Under the pieces are notes generated by a model, which saw nothing but the letters and a program-made list of their open reading frames with translations, was not told where the DNA came from and did no database searches. A stretch of DNA of 64,000 bases, taken from the NCBI RefSeq assembly GCF_018977255.1, contig NW_024704742.1, positions 96,164,001 through 96,228,000 of the forward strand. The letters are read 5' to 3'. Origin of the DNA: Callorhinchus milii (lineage: Eukaryota). The translations under genes were made by a program, and so were the position numbers. How positions within the stretch are numbered: position 1 is the stretch's first letter; each line of letters begins with the position of its first letter. Positions 25,515 through 38,189 of this stretch are shown piece after piece.

Positions 25515-25957
25515 TGTCAGCCAGGCTTAGTTGGAAGCACTCTCGCATCTGAATCAGAGGGTTGTGGGTTCAAGCCTCACATCGGGAATTGGAACTCATA
25601 AGGTTTAAGTGGACACTCCAATGCCGTACTGGGGCTGTGCTTCATTATTGGAGGTGTGCCCTTTAGGTGAAACATTAAACGTATCTGCCTGTTCAAGTTG
25701 ACATTAAGGATGCCATGGTGCCATTTGAAAAGAGAAAGTGGTTTATCCCTGTGACATGGCCAACAATTCCCAAATAAAATTGGTCATTTATTTTGTGGCT
25801 CTTTCAGGGGCATTGCCAGTGTGCAAATTGGCTGATGTTTTCGCTTAAAAAATACACAGTTACTACACTTTAAAGTAAATCCCATAATGTACTTCGAAAT
25901 GTCCTCCTGATTTGAAAGCTGCAATATCAAATATAAGAAATATTATTATTATTATTA
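25515..25957 (+). mobile_element. Older Deu-domain SINE, full length
   Basis: Colinear with the 24240 copy. B box GGTTCAAGCC, GTGCAAATTGGCTG, and (TTA)n tail. Confidence 0.82.
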
Positions 25958-26378
25958 AATTCTGTCATTCTAGAGATATGGCTTTGTCTTGATGAGGAGG
26001 ATGTGAGTGAAAGTGCATGCAGTTTCCCAAAGGGAAGCCGGTTGGCTCCTGTGTGATATTTCCTATCCCAAGTTGTTTCCTCAGGTAACCATGCACCCAA
26101 GGCAAGTACATTAAGACATTAATGGCTGCTGAGCAGTTTATTGATGTAACAATAATTTAGTTTGGGTGGATAATTGGAGAAGGAGGCAGATTCAATTGCC
26201 TTTTTAATGATCATCACTTCTGCTTTATTTAATTAATTTTATTCTCTATCTCCCATCGTTTTTTTCTCTAACATGTACCTAGTGTCGAACTACATTTTTC
26301 AGATTGCATACTGGAGTGTAGCGATAAAGTCTGTGGGTCCAAAATGAAATTTGTTCCTTCAGCTCTCTGCAGCCTGAT

Positions 26379-26748
26379 TAATAATAATAATAATAATAAT
26401 CCTTGCATTTCAATTTGGCCTTATCACTTCTTGACATGTCTCAAAGCACTTCACAGAATATATGGTAAAGTGGATTGACTGTATATTTAGTGGGCAAAAA
26501 GCGGCAGTCAATTGAGCACAGCAGTGTCCCACAAACAGTCATGGATTGAGTGACCAAAATTTTTAATTTTTTTGAGGGATTATTATCCCAGCCATATGAT
26601 CCACAACAACCAACAACCAGCTTCCTTCTTCTGCTAGGTAAACAGGAATGTGGAGTAAGGAAACTTGCCTAAGGTTTTGCCCCACCTGGGAATTGCACCT
26701 GTGTCCACTCACTTGCGAGCGTGCTGACCACTACGCTGTTGGACGTCC
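26379..26748 (-). mobile_element. tRNA SINE, long subfamily
   Basis: (TAA)n tail, Deu-like segment, GTGGAGTAAGGAAACTTGCCTAAGG, and tRNA-like head. Confidence 0.85.
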
Positions 26749-28234
26749 ACACAAAGATAAAAGACTTTCTTGACCTCTGTGAATTTTGCACTTCCTTGTC
26801 AGATTGTCACCTTAAGATAATTTGAAAAGTAAAGATTGAAATTAAAAATAACAATTCTAATGAGTGGCTAGGAACCAAAAACAATAATTTACCCTTGGTA
26901 TTATAAACAAAGATGGTCACCATTCAATTCTGAAAACCTGGAGTGAGAAACCATTCTCCCAAAATGTAGGGGATTCTCAGTCCAAAGGGATTTTATTAAG
27001 GACAGTTTCCAGTCAATAAAGCAAACCTTCATTTTTTTCTTAAGTGATACTTAAGGAAAGGAATGCATTTGGGAATTCTACAGTTTTGACCTCTTGGTCC
27101 CTGTTTACTATTCATGTCACATGACGCTCTCTTCCTAAGAACATGAAACAGAAGCCCGTCTTGCAAGATTTGCATCATTGGTTTTGTGACATAGAAATAG
27201 GAAGAGCCCATTGAGCCCACCAAGCCTGTTCCACCATTTTATGACACCATGGCATATTTTAAAAGTTCTACATCAATTCCCCGTTCACCCACAAAATACA
27301 CACAGCCACAACACTTTACAGTATATCCTGTGTAGCGCATTGAGACGTGTCGATGATGTGCTAAAACGTCATATCAAATCTTATTATTATATTTTCTCCA
27401 CATCTCAATATTCCTTCATACCTTTATATCTCACCTACTTACCTACATGCCTCCGAAACTCTCTACCTTACTTCCCTTCTATTAGAACAAAAAAAAGGAG
27501 AAAGCAATTTCATTTTTGTAGTGCCTTATTCATTGAAAAGCCTCAAAGTGTTTAACACTAATTATCATCAAGTGACTACTTTTCTCAGCAAAATGCAGGA
27601 GTCATTTTGCGCACCGCAATTTCCCACAAACAACCATTATATGAATGACTAATTAATCTGGAGGACTGTTGACCAGGTCACTAAGGGAATTGCTCTGCCC
27701 TATTCAGTTAGTGTCATGAGATATTTATCATCCACTTAAGGATAGATACATAGTTCTTTGCTCATATGTCAACAATGCAGAGCTGTCCCAATGCTGGAGA
27801 AGCCACCGGTACCTCAAATGAATGTCAATGCCATTTACAACTTCTTTAAAGCCAGATTGTGGACAAAGGTCCCTTGTCGGTCATGGCAGGAGATCAGCGT
27901 TTGAGCTGAGTTCAGGAGGGTTAGCTTGAGAGGCATCTGGGTACCTGCCAGATATGCTATTTACAAATCAATTTGAGAATAGCACAAATTGCTGCTCAAT
28001 GTCTATGATCGTGGAAATGGACCATGAGTGCCTGCAGCCATGCAGCCAACCAGAAGATATCACAATGACATTCCTATTCACTGCTACCCTCTGTCTCCCT
28101 GAACATAGGGAACAACATGAAATTTGTCAGGTTACCAATGCTGGGTAACAAGAAACCTGTTTGCTAAAATTCTCAAAGAAGCAGGTAATGTAAAACTCTA
28201 TCCAACATATACATTGCATTGCAATTCAATAAAA

Positions 28235-28545
28235 AAAAACAAAGTACATTTGTGTAGTGTCCCCCACATGGCGAAGGCGCTGGACAGTCCAGGATTTGCA
28301 CCTGAGCTGGTGGAGGGAGGGGTGAAGGGCAGGGAGGATAGGGGTGGGAGTGTGACCGAAGGTTGAAAAGGAGGGACTTGAGATAAGCATTTAAGGAGGC
28401 AAGGGAGGGGGAGAGACGAAGGGACTGTGGGATGCAGTTCTACAAGGTGGAGGCAGAGAGCCTGAAGGCCCGACTGCCAATAGTGGGGTGGGCAGGGGAC
28501 ATGGAACAGCCAGAGTCCGCCAAGCGGAGGGAGTAGACAGGTTGG
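28235..28545 (-). mobile_element. L2 3' fragment
   Basis: Purine-rich reverse complement of the L2 3' end (GCCTTCAGGCTCTCTGCCTCCACCTTGTAGAACT) followed by a decayed tail. Confidence 0.75.
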
Positions 28546-29899
28546 TATAGTGCCCATCATACAGGGCAACATCTTGGAGCACTGAACAATGTTGAATACA
28601 ATGTTTATCCAGAGCAGATCTCAATGAGGGTTAGACTGGTAGAAAATTTTCCAGAGTGAGAGTTGCTGAGACACTGGTGATTCTGAGTTCATTGTATGAG
28701 ACGAATACAAGTAAAGAGTCATTGTAGTCTCTAAAAGTAATGACTTGGTCCCTTAATTAAATTTTGAATGGCACCTATAAATATATTGTTTTGAATTAAT
28801 ATGCAAAGATTGAAAATGTATTCATCTTTTTATTTACTGTGTGCATCATTTCAAAGAGAAGGAGATGCTATTAAGGAATAGAGGTGGATTTGATTCAAAA
28901 TAAATTGTAATTATTTACGGTCTGTAGCCTTTTTTGTGCTCAGTTTTGCAGAAGACAAAGCAAATAGAAATAGTTAGCAATTCATTGTGTACAATATTAT
29001 TGAGGATGGAACAAAGCTCACATTGTGAATTTTAAAGTGATTGTCTTTCCACAGGATACAATTTGTGAGACAGTCATGAAGAGACAAATATGTTTTTGTC
29101 AAGAAAAAAAAGGTGAATCACAATAGAAATGTAATAAAAGGAAAAGCGTGTTTCTAGAATCAAAACCCTGGGAAGACAATTAGCAGAAAGTTTTTTTCAA
29201 AAACATAAAGCCACACCATATACAGTATTTTCAGTGCAGTGCAATGGGCAGTGCAGTAAAATAAACATTTCTGGAGCTGAACAAAATGTTTGCAAATAGA
29301 AAGTCTCAGTAAAATGCTGGTGCTGGATATGCTTGGAGCACAAAGCTCTGGTGTAACAGGACAAAATGTTTTCAGTAAAATATAAGGTCCTCCACTGAAA
29401 CGCATTGAATTAGAGGAGAAAAAATATATCAGACCTGAGCCGAGAGTGAGCTACGTCCGGAGTGAGGCGAGGCCAGAGTGTGAGGGAATTTGGTGAGAGT
29501 GGGAATTGCTGCTGTGAGTGTCGTCAGTACATAACCCAATTTGTTGTTGTTGTTGTTATTCAAGTCTTGTAGTAGTTGTTGTAGTTGTTTTAAGTCTTGT
29601 GTTATTTAAAATTGCTGATACCATTGGTACATTGGTCTTGTGGGGTAACTTTACAGGGAGCAGCTGTAGCCAATAACAAATAACTTATTGATTAAATTAA
29701 CTTATTGATTAATCACTTGATTAGGCGTTAATTCCAAATCACTGCTGAGCAAATCAGAAACAGGTTGCACCCAGAAAGTATAAATAGGAGATAGCTGCAA
29801 GAGCCCAGAGTGAGGCGAGGCCAGAGTGTGAGGGAATTTGGTGAGAGTGGGAATTGGGGGCAGGCTATATATCTTTGTATCTATATAAAGTTTGTGAAG

Positions 29900-30832
29900 A
29901 TGGTGTGGCAGGTAAACTGCGAGGTCTGTCACATGTAGGAGTCAATGGAGGGCGCCTTAAGTCCGGGCGACTTCATCTGCCGCAAGTGTCTGGAAATCAG
30001 AGAGCTCCAGCTGAGAGTAGCTGAGCTGGAGTCTCAAGTGGAGATGCTGTGCAGCATTAGGAATGGAGAAAACTTCCTGGACAGCTTTATCCTAGAGCCG
30101 GACACTCCCTTGAGTCCCAAAGAAGAAGAATGTAGCAGTGATGGACATGACTGGGTGACAGTCAGGCGGGCAGGCAAGCGTTCCCGAAAGAGAGGGGCTG
30201 AAGAATCCCAGACTTTAGCCTCATCTGACAGGTATGAAATATTGGCAACCTGTGTGGACAAGAAAATCTGCGAGGAAGACGGGCAAACTGACCCCAACAC
30301 CCCTGTGCAGGAGGTTAAAAATGTAATTCTTATTGGGGATGAGACAGTTGGGAGGACTGATACAGTTTTCTGTAGCCGTAGCAGGGAGACAAGAAGACTC
30401 TGTTGTCTTCCTGGGGCCAGGGTGAAGGATGTCACTGCCGGGCTGGAGATAAATTTGAGGCATGAGGGAGAGGATCCAATCGTAATGGTACATATAGGGA
30501 CCAATGACATTGGTAGGACCAGTAGGGACGAGTTAAGGAGCGAGTTCCGGGAATTGGGAATTAAACTAAGGAATAGAACTTCCAAAGTGATGATATCGGG
30601 ACTGTTACCTGAGCCAGGAGCTAATTGGTACAGGCAAAAGAAGATCATAGATCTGAATGCCTGGCTAAAAGAGTGGTGCGGAGAGCAGGAATTCCAATTC
30701 ATGGGCCACTGGCACGAGTATTGGGGAAGATGGGAGCTTTTCCAAAGGAATGGGCTCCACCTAAATAGGGCTGGGACAAATGTCCTGGCTACGCAAATAA
30801 ATAGGGAGGTAGAAAGGGCTTTAAACTACTAA
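29900..30832 (+). pseudogene. CR1 ORF1: CxxC..CxxC zinc finger, leucine zipper, SGNH-esterase-like domain; in-frame TAG at 29936
   Basis: MVWQVNCEVCHM*ESMEG..FICRKCLEIRELQLRVAELESQVEML..CCLPGARVKDV..VHIGTNDIG..NGLHLN. The ATG at 29900 is in frame with ORF 29945-30832. Confidence 0.9.
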
Positions 30833-30884
30833 GGGGGGGGGAGGGAGGTAAAATATAGTAAAGTATAGTCCACCATAGTTAAAC

Positions 30885-33789
30885 TTGAGATCAACAAAAG
30901 CAAGAGAGCAGATTAACAAGGGAGAAGAGCAAAGTGTGTCAAGCAGGGAAAGGAAGTACAGTGATAGAGTGCTGGTGAATAGGGTTAATAGCCGGAAGTC
31001 AGAATTAAGGGCGCTATATCTGAATGCACAAAGCATTCGTAACAAGATAGATGAATTAGTTGCACAAATAGAGACAAACCGGTATGATCTAGTAGCCATC
31101 ACCGAGACATGGTTACAGGGTGATCAGGGATGGGAACTGAATATTCCCGGCTACGTGGTATATAGGAAAGATAGGCGATGTGGTAAACGAGGAGGGGGAG
31201 TGGCCCTGCTAATAAAGGATGGGATAAAAACAGTAGAGAGGAAAGATTTTAAATCTGAAAAGCAAGATGTAGAGTCAGTATGGGTAGAGATACGTAACTT
31301 CAAGGGGCAGAAAACTATAGTGGGAGTAGTTTATAGACCCCCAAACAGTGGTCAAAGTATCGCTCAAGGTATAAATCAAGAGATTAGTGGAGCATGTAGC
31401 AAAGGAAAGACACTAATTGTGGGTGATTTTAACCTGCACATAGACTGGGACAACCAAATTGGGAAAGGTAACATAGAAGAGGAGTTTATAGAATGTATTA
31501 GAGATAATTTTCTAGATCAATATGCTGAGGAGCCGACCAGGGAACAAGCCATATTAGACCTTGTTTTGTGTAATGAAACAGGGCTGATCAGCAAACTGGA
31601 ACTTAAGGCTCCTCTCGGGCAAAGCGATCATAATATGATGGAATTTAGCGTTAAGTTAGAGAGGGAAGTAGTTAAGTCTGAAGCAAAAGTCTTCAATTTA
31701 AATCGAGCCAACTTTGCTGGTATGAGAGAGGATTTAGCCAGAATAAACTGGGAGACCAGCAATGGTAGACATTCAAGGAGATAGTGCAAAATTCCCAACG
31801 AGCACATATTCCTTTGAGGAATAAGAATGCCATGGGAAAGGTGGTGCAGCCATGGCTAACTAGAGCAGTTAGGGAAAGTATCAAATCAAAAGAAAAAGCC
31901 TATAAAACAACGAAGAGTAGTAAACCCGAGGATTGGGAGAACTTTAGGGAACAACAGAGGAGGGCCAAAAATTTGATCAAGAGGGAGAAAATAGATTACG
32001 AGGGCAAACTAGCAAAGAACATAAAAACAGACTCCAAGAGTTTTTACAAATATATAAAGAGGAAAAGGCTAGCGAGGGTGAATGTGGGTCCATTACAGGC
32101 AGAGACCGGAGGAATTATAATAGGGGACAAAGACATGGCAGAGTCATTAAACAAGTATTTTTCTACAGTCTTCACCGTAGAAGACACTGGAAACATACCA
32201 AAAATAGAGGACCAAGAAGACAATGTTAGCGAGCAACTTAGGGAGATTAACATTAGTAAAGAGATGGTTCTAGGTAAATTGTCGGGTCTTAAAACCGATG
32301 AAACCCCTGGACTGGATGGCCTGTATCCGAGAGTTTTAAAGGAGGTGGCTACTGAGATAGTGGATGGCATGTCTATAATCTTCCAAAAGTCTGTGGATAC
32401 TGGAAAAGTTCCCATTGATTGGAAGATTGCAAACGTAACTCCACTATTTAAGAAGGGTGGGAGAGAAAATAGGGAAAACTATAGACCAGTTAGTTTGACG
32501 TCAGTTGTAGGGAAAATTCTTGAGTCCTTAATAAAAGACGTAGTTATGGGATACCTGGAAGACCATAAAAAGATTAGGCAGAGTCAACATGGCTTTACAA
32601 AAGGGAAGTCATGCTTGACTAACCTTTTAGAATTTTTTGAGGATGTATCCAGCAGGTTGGATAAGGGGGAACCAGTAGATGTGGTATATTTGGATTTTAG
32701 GAAGGCATTTGACAAGGTGCCACACAAAAGGCTGTTACTCAAGATCAAGGCCCACGGGATTAATGGGAAAATATTAACATGGATAGAAGAGTGGCTATCG
32801 GGTAGAAAGCAGAGAGTAGTGATAAACGGATCATTCTCGAATTGGCAGGATGTAACTAGTGGAGTGCCACAAGGATCAGTGCTTGGGCCTCAGCTATTTA
32901 CCATTTACATCAATGATCTGGACGAGGACATTGAATGTAATGTGTCTAAATTCGCGGATGATACTAAACTAGGTAGCAGAGTGAGCTCTCAGGATGATGC
33001 AAAAAGATTGCAACAAGATATAGATAGGCTAGGGGAGTGGGCAAGTAGGTGGCAGATGGAATTCAATGTTAGCAAGTGTGAAATTATTCACCTAGGTAGC
33101 AAGAATAAAAGAACAGATTATTTTCTGGAAGGGGAGAAGTTAGATAGAGTTAGTATTCAAAGGGATTTGGGTGTCCTTGTACACCAGTCCCAAAAAATTA
33201 GTTTGCAGGTGCAGCAAGCAACATAAAGGCGAATGGCATGTTAGCGTTCATTTCGAAAGGTTTAGAATATAAGAGTAGGGAAGTCTTGCTGCAACTGTAT
33301 AGGGCTTTGGTGAGACCGCACCTAGAGTATTATGTGCAGTTTTGGTCTCCTTATTTAAAAAAGAACATACTTGCTCTAGAGGGGGTGCAGCGTAGATTCA
33401 CTCGGTTAGTTCCTGGGATGAGGGGACTGACCTATGAGGATAGGCTGAATAAACTAGGGCTGTATTCTCTAGAGTACAGAAGAATTAGGGGGGATCTTAT
33501 TGAAACTGATAAGATTCTTAAAGGGCTGGATACAGTAGACACAGAGGAACTGTTTCCCCTGGTAGGAGAATCTAGAACCAGGGTTCACAGTCTTAAAATT
33601 AAGGGTCAGCCTCTTAGAACAGAGTTGAGGAAACATTTCTTCACTCAGAGGGTAGTGAACCTATGGAATTCACTACCCCAGAAGGCTGTAGATGCTCAGT
33701 CCTTGAACATTTTCAAGGCTGAGACTGATAGATTCTTGAAAAATAGAGGGATTAGAGGATATGGAGATAGGGCAGGTAATCAGAGTTAG
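30885..33789 (+). pseudogene. CR1 ORF2 (AP endonuclease and RT), frameshifted near 31757 and 33224
   Basis: APE motifs YLNAQSIRNK, AITETWL, VYRPP, GDFN, LDLVL, SDH. RT motifs [23 protein letters not shown]. Split across ORFs 30885-31784, 31784-33226 and 33238-33789. Confidence 0.96.
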
Positions 33790-35252
33790 GTGAGAAGATC
33801 AGCCATGATCTTATTGAATGGCAGAGCAGGCATGAAGGGCCGAATGGCCTACTCCTGCTCCTAATTCTTATGTTCTTATAAAATAAAATATTGTCAAGCA
33901 AGCAGACTTTGCTCAGCCTTTGAGTCACTAATCAGCATCGGTGCACTCAGCCACTGTGCCATTTATGAATACGAATGTCAAGAATATTTCATAATTTTCA
34001 TCAAGTTCATAAATGTACTACTGAGGAAATTAGTACCAAGGCTAGATCCAAAAGGATATATTTTCTAACGGTAAAATGCTTTGACGTGAGATAAAGAGAA
34101 AGTTAAATAGCAATATATTGAAAATATTATTAGAATGCAAATACTGAGTGATTGATTAATCTTTCTGGCACCAATAATGTCAGGGTAAGAAAATGTAACC
34201 ACGTGAGTCATTGTGAAACATTTTCTGTTTAGTATTGCATTGTACTGCAACTGATAAACTTTCCATCAATTTAGCAGCAAATGTAATAACTTCTTAGTTC
34301 TTTATCTTAAACATTGTTTTCAGTTGGCAATGATTATTTTCATTGCAAGTAACTTTGGGCCAACTTCTGTTGACTGAAAGATGGAACAATCTTGAACAAA
34401 TGGATGCAGTAATACAATAATAAATTTAAATTTTTAATCCTTACATATTAATCCATACCACCTTTTATGTCAGGAGGCCATCTCAAAGCATGGTATAGGA
34501 TATACTGTAAAGTGTAGTGACTGTATATTTTGCAGGCATTTACAGAAACCAATTTACACATTGCAATGTCCCACAAACAGTAATGAAGTCACCGTTCTGA
34601 CTCAGTGTTATCAACTAAATTCTTAAATTTTTTTAACAATGAAACATTTACACTGAGAAACCCAAACCTTAACTGTGCACCAAGGCACTATAAAATGCAA
34701 ATTGTTTTTGTTAACATTAGTATTTTTACCATAAATCAATGAGAATAGAGCATTTGTGCAGTGTAGAACTCAAGCTTAAAGTTAATTCAGGACCATTAGG
34801 GGAAATGGGAGATGCTTGGCTTACAGCTAGCTTTGTTTTGGGGAAGCACACATTTAAAGAACATCACATTTTACCACATTTTTGCATATGCATATTTGAT
34901 ATTTTTGCTCTTTTTAAGTCTACCAAGGACACAAAACATTCCTAGCCAAAAAGGGCAAGTATTTAACCAGCATTTAAGGTATTTCACGTTCCTGCCAACA
35001 TCTGCTTTCATCAGCCACTCAGTGTATCAGAGCAGCCTGTAACAAGGCATCTGACCATGTACCCAAGAGTGAAATAGCGACATGTGCTGTGATAATTGTC
35101 GCTGGTAATCATAGCATTTCAATGCGATTCCTGGGATACTGCCTTAATCTAAAGTCCAGTTAAACATCACTCCAGGACCTGGCACTGAAATGTTGCACCA
35201 AGTTCGATGGCTTCAGGCTCAACCAAGATCAAGTTTGGGCATGAGGGAAAAA

Positions 35253-35480
35253 CCCTTGCATTTTAAGTAACACCTTTCATGTTAGGAGGACATCTCAAAG
35301 TGCTTCACGAAATATACATGTAAAGTGTAGTGACTGTATATTTTTTGGGCAAGCCGCAGCAGCCAATTTGTATGCAAATAAAAATGGTCATTCATTTCAT
35401 GGCAGCAGTGTCCCACATACAGCCATGAAATGAATGACCATTTTTATTTGGGGGATTGTTGGCCAGAACACAGGGAGAAA
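35253..35480 (-). mobile_element. Deu-domain SINE 3' half containing a perfect 29-bp inverted duplication
   Basis: Tail CCTTGCATTT..CACCTTTCATGTTAGGAGGACATCTCAAAGTGC and Deu-like GCAGCCAATTTG. Confidence 0.8.
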
Positions 35481-38189
35481 CACAATTCGACAATGTGATA
35501 ATGTCATAATGTTGCTAGTGATAATTATCAAATCTCCCATTTGTGATCTGTGATAAACAGTAAATCCATACACCATGTACAATAATATCATTGCCAGCTC
35601 TGATGTCAATGTAAGCATTGCATTGCCTTTTCATCACAATGCTTAAAAAAGAATATCGTTGACCATTGGAAACAGAATCTTCTGAAAAATAGGCCCTATT
35701 ATCATTTATAAACCAAGAATAGCACTGCCAGGAACTGAACAAATTAAGGAGCAGTTACATCATTCAAAGGGTAATCCAAGCCTAATGTAACTGTCATAGA
35801 AGGTGTAGATGTTGTTAGAAACTAAAATTGCCAAAAATAGCACTGAAACTACAGAGGATTTCTTGAAACACATTGAATTGAATGCCTGTGTAGAGTCCAA
35901 AAACACAGTGAAATAGATGAGGAATGAATTAAATAGAAGTTGCCTTGGTGACATTAATCTTACAATGCATTGAATTATTAAATTGATCTACAGACCTTGA
36001 TTTTTCTGGAACCTTTGCTACATTCTTAAAGCCAAATGTCATTTTACTGAAACAAACAAATAGTATTTTCTACACACAGGATATTGACAAAAATAATCGA
36101 AAGATTGGGAAATCTGGATAAAATTGTGTTGTTTTCTTTTGAGTAAAACATAGTAGTGTAAACCGAACAATATCAGTGAACCTTTCTCCAGTTTGATTCA
36201 ATCAAGCTTCCATATGATGGTGGAGAATGGTATGTTTGAGCATTTAAAACTAAGGTACAGCTTAACTCACCTGTTGTAAAGTTGTGGACTTGAAGCAGGG
36301 TTTAGATCTTGCCTCTGAGCGTACAAGTATTCATCGCTTTATTGCCCAGGCACCAATCTATGGTGGTGGTTGAACAATTTTGAAAAGCTTCTTACACCAA
36401 ATCATTGTGCTAAAGTTGAGGGGTGTTCAGACCTACAGACTATAATCTTTAACTGAAATGCCACTGTTTGTTCACAGATTTTATGTGATATTCATACAAT
36501 GTCACATGTTTCATCTCTATGGCTCAGTTTGACACTGGACAGTGGCTTCTCTAACAGAGAAGCTAACATGGCATTGTTTAAAGGGCTGGTCAATGTTACA
36601 ATTACAGTGCACTGAACATGCCAGAGAATTTACTGACTGGTCTTCAATAAACAGAAAAAAAGATCATGTTTCTTAATTCAGTTGAGACATTGCAACAGTA
36701 TGTGATGAATCTTCTGTTCCATTTTGTGGAATTTATTTATAACTTTTGAAAGCTGGTGAACTAGATTTTATTTTTCTAAGAACAATAGTTTGCTTGTAAA
36801 CTCCCCCAAAAACTATCCATCCTGATTTAACAAAGAGCTGCTGAGAGCCCAATGTGTGATTTATGTCTGTCTCCTTTGTCTCTCTGTGGTGTGTCACGGT
36901 AGATTCATTATATATACATGCAGTTTGTATCTTCTACTTTACCAGAAAGTCATTTTTCTAACCATTTGTTTTCAATAATAAAATGTCCAAGGCAGCATTT
37001 CAACCAATTTCACTTCTTTTTCATTTTGTTGTTTTTGCTAAAAGCTCGTAACGACTTCAAAGGATAGTGCAGTTTAAGTCCTGAGCCAAATACTGGGTTG
37101 AGGACACAAAGTAATGCTTTTGTGGCAACTGGGGTTGCTGCCACTGCCAAAGTTTGGTTTGCAGATCAAGAAGTACCAATCAGGAAATAAAGAAAATGAA
37201 TCAGGAGGTCAGAGGTTGGCTGAAAGGGCAGGCCACGGAGGAAAGCCGCATGTAAATGGCAGATTGCCTGAGTGGTACAAATGACTACCATCTGTACAAA
37301 ATCAAACCGTTGTTGGGTGGTTCTTTCATTGATTATTTTTTCTACAGAAAAAAAAATGCTCTCACTGTTCCACTGTTAATTGTACCCTGCTTTCCAATCC
37401 CACATGTGTCTCTGCAACTTAAAATATATGAAATAATGCTGAATTAAATAGCCATGGAGTTGTTCTATTCGCATCTACTTACAGGCAGCTAAGTGCTTGC
37501 TGGAAACTGAGTAAAATGCAATAGAATAAAATGTTGCTATTGTTAATTGTGTCAGATTTTGAAATTTTGCAGGAATATCGCAAGGGAACTTGATCTGTTT
37601 TTATGCTGCCTAAAAGAGCTAGATGTGCAATGGCCAAGCTGTACAAAATGTGCCAAATAACTTTTTTTTAAAAAGGAGGCAAATATATTCAAATAAATTC
37701 AAGCTAATCAATGTACAAACATACCATGTATGACACCATCCAATTGCATCCTCGGAAAAAGGGGAACAATAGTGTGTGCCTTTCACTCAGGATGAACAGC
37801 TCCAAAGCACTTCACTGAGACAATAAAAGCACTGAGAAGGGAGCAGAGGAAGGAGCTTTAAAGGGTGTTAACCAAATGTACATTCAAAAAGATGTATTTC
37901 TAGGAGCGTTTAGAAGGCAGGCAGAGAAGAAGCAACATAAAAAGATTTTAGGAGAAAGTTTGAGAGAATGGAGGCATAATTCCTGAAGCCTAGCAAATTT
38001 TATTTGCTACATATGCAACTTCACACTGCAGCTTTTATGAAAAAGAGAAACAAAAGTTTTGAGTTATAGGTTTTCTAATTTCACAAATCCTCGCAGTCTC
38101 TCTATTTTAAATCTGACAATGTCAAAATAACATGATAACTATTTAATCCCAAACAAGTACAAAATGCTAGAATGTTATAGCAGGTTAGC

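Larger units (their letters stand above)
29430..33879 (+). mobile_element. CR1 LINE copy 2, apparently near full length (about 4.45 kb)
   Basis: 5' UTR with a 49-bp direct repeat, ORF1, ORF2 (APE and RT) in three pieces, 3' UTR and TTCTTATG repeats. The 5' boundary is approximate. Confidence 0.97.

Noticed and set aside
29055..29112. Possible 58-nt exon (TTTCCACAG|...AAG|GTGAAT)
   Set aside because: The splice signals are plausible, but there is no recognisable protein and no partner exons. It cannot be supported without RNA data.
30034..30702. 222-aa antisense ORF in CR1 ORF1, and similar shadow ORFs over L2 elements
   Set aside because: Opposite-strand or alternative-frame shadows of TE coding sequence with no independent motifs.
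36271..36432. Minus-strand exon ending at a strong donor CAG|GTGAGT
   Set aside because: Stops occur in all three frames and the acceptor is weak.
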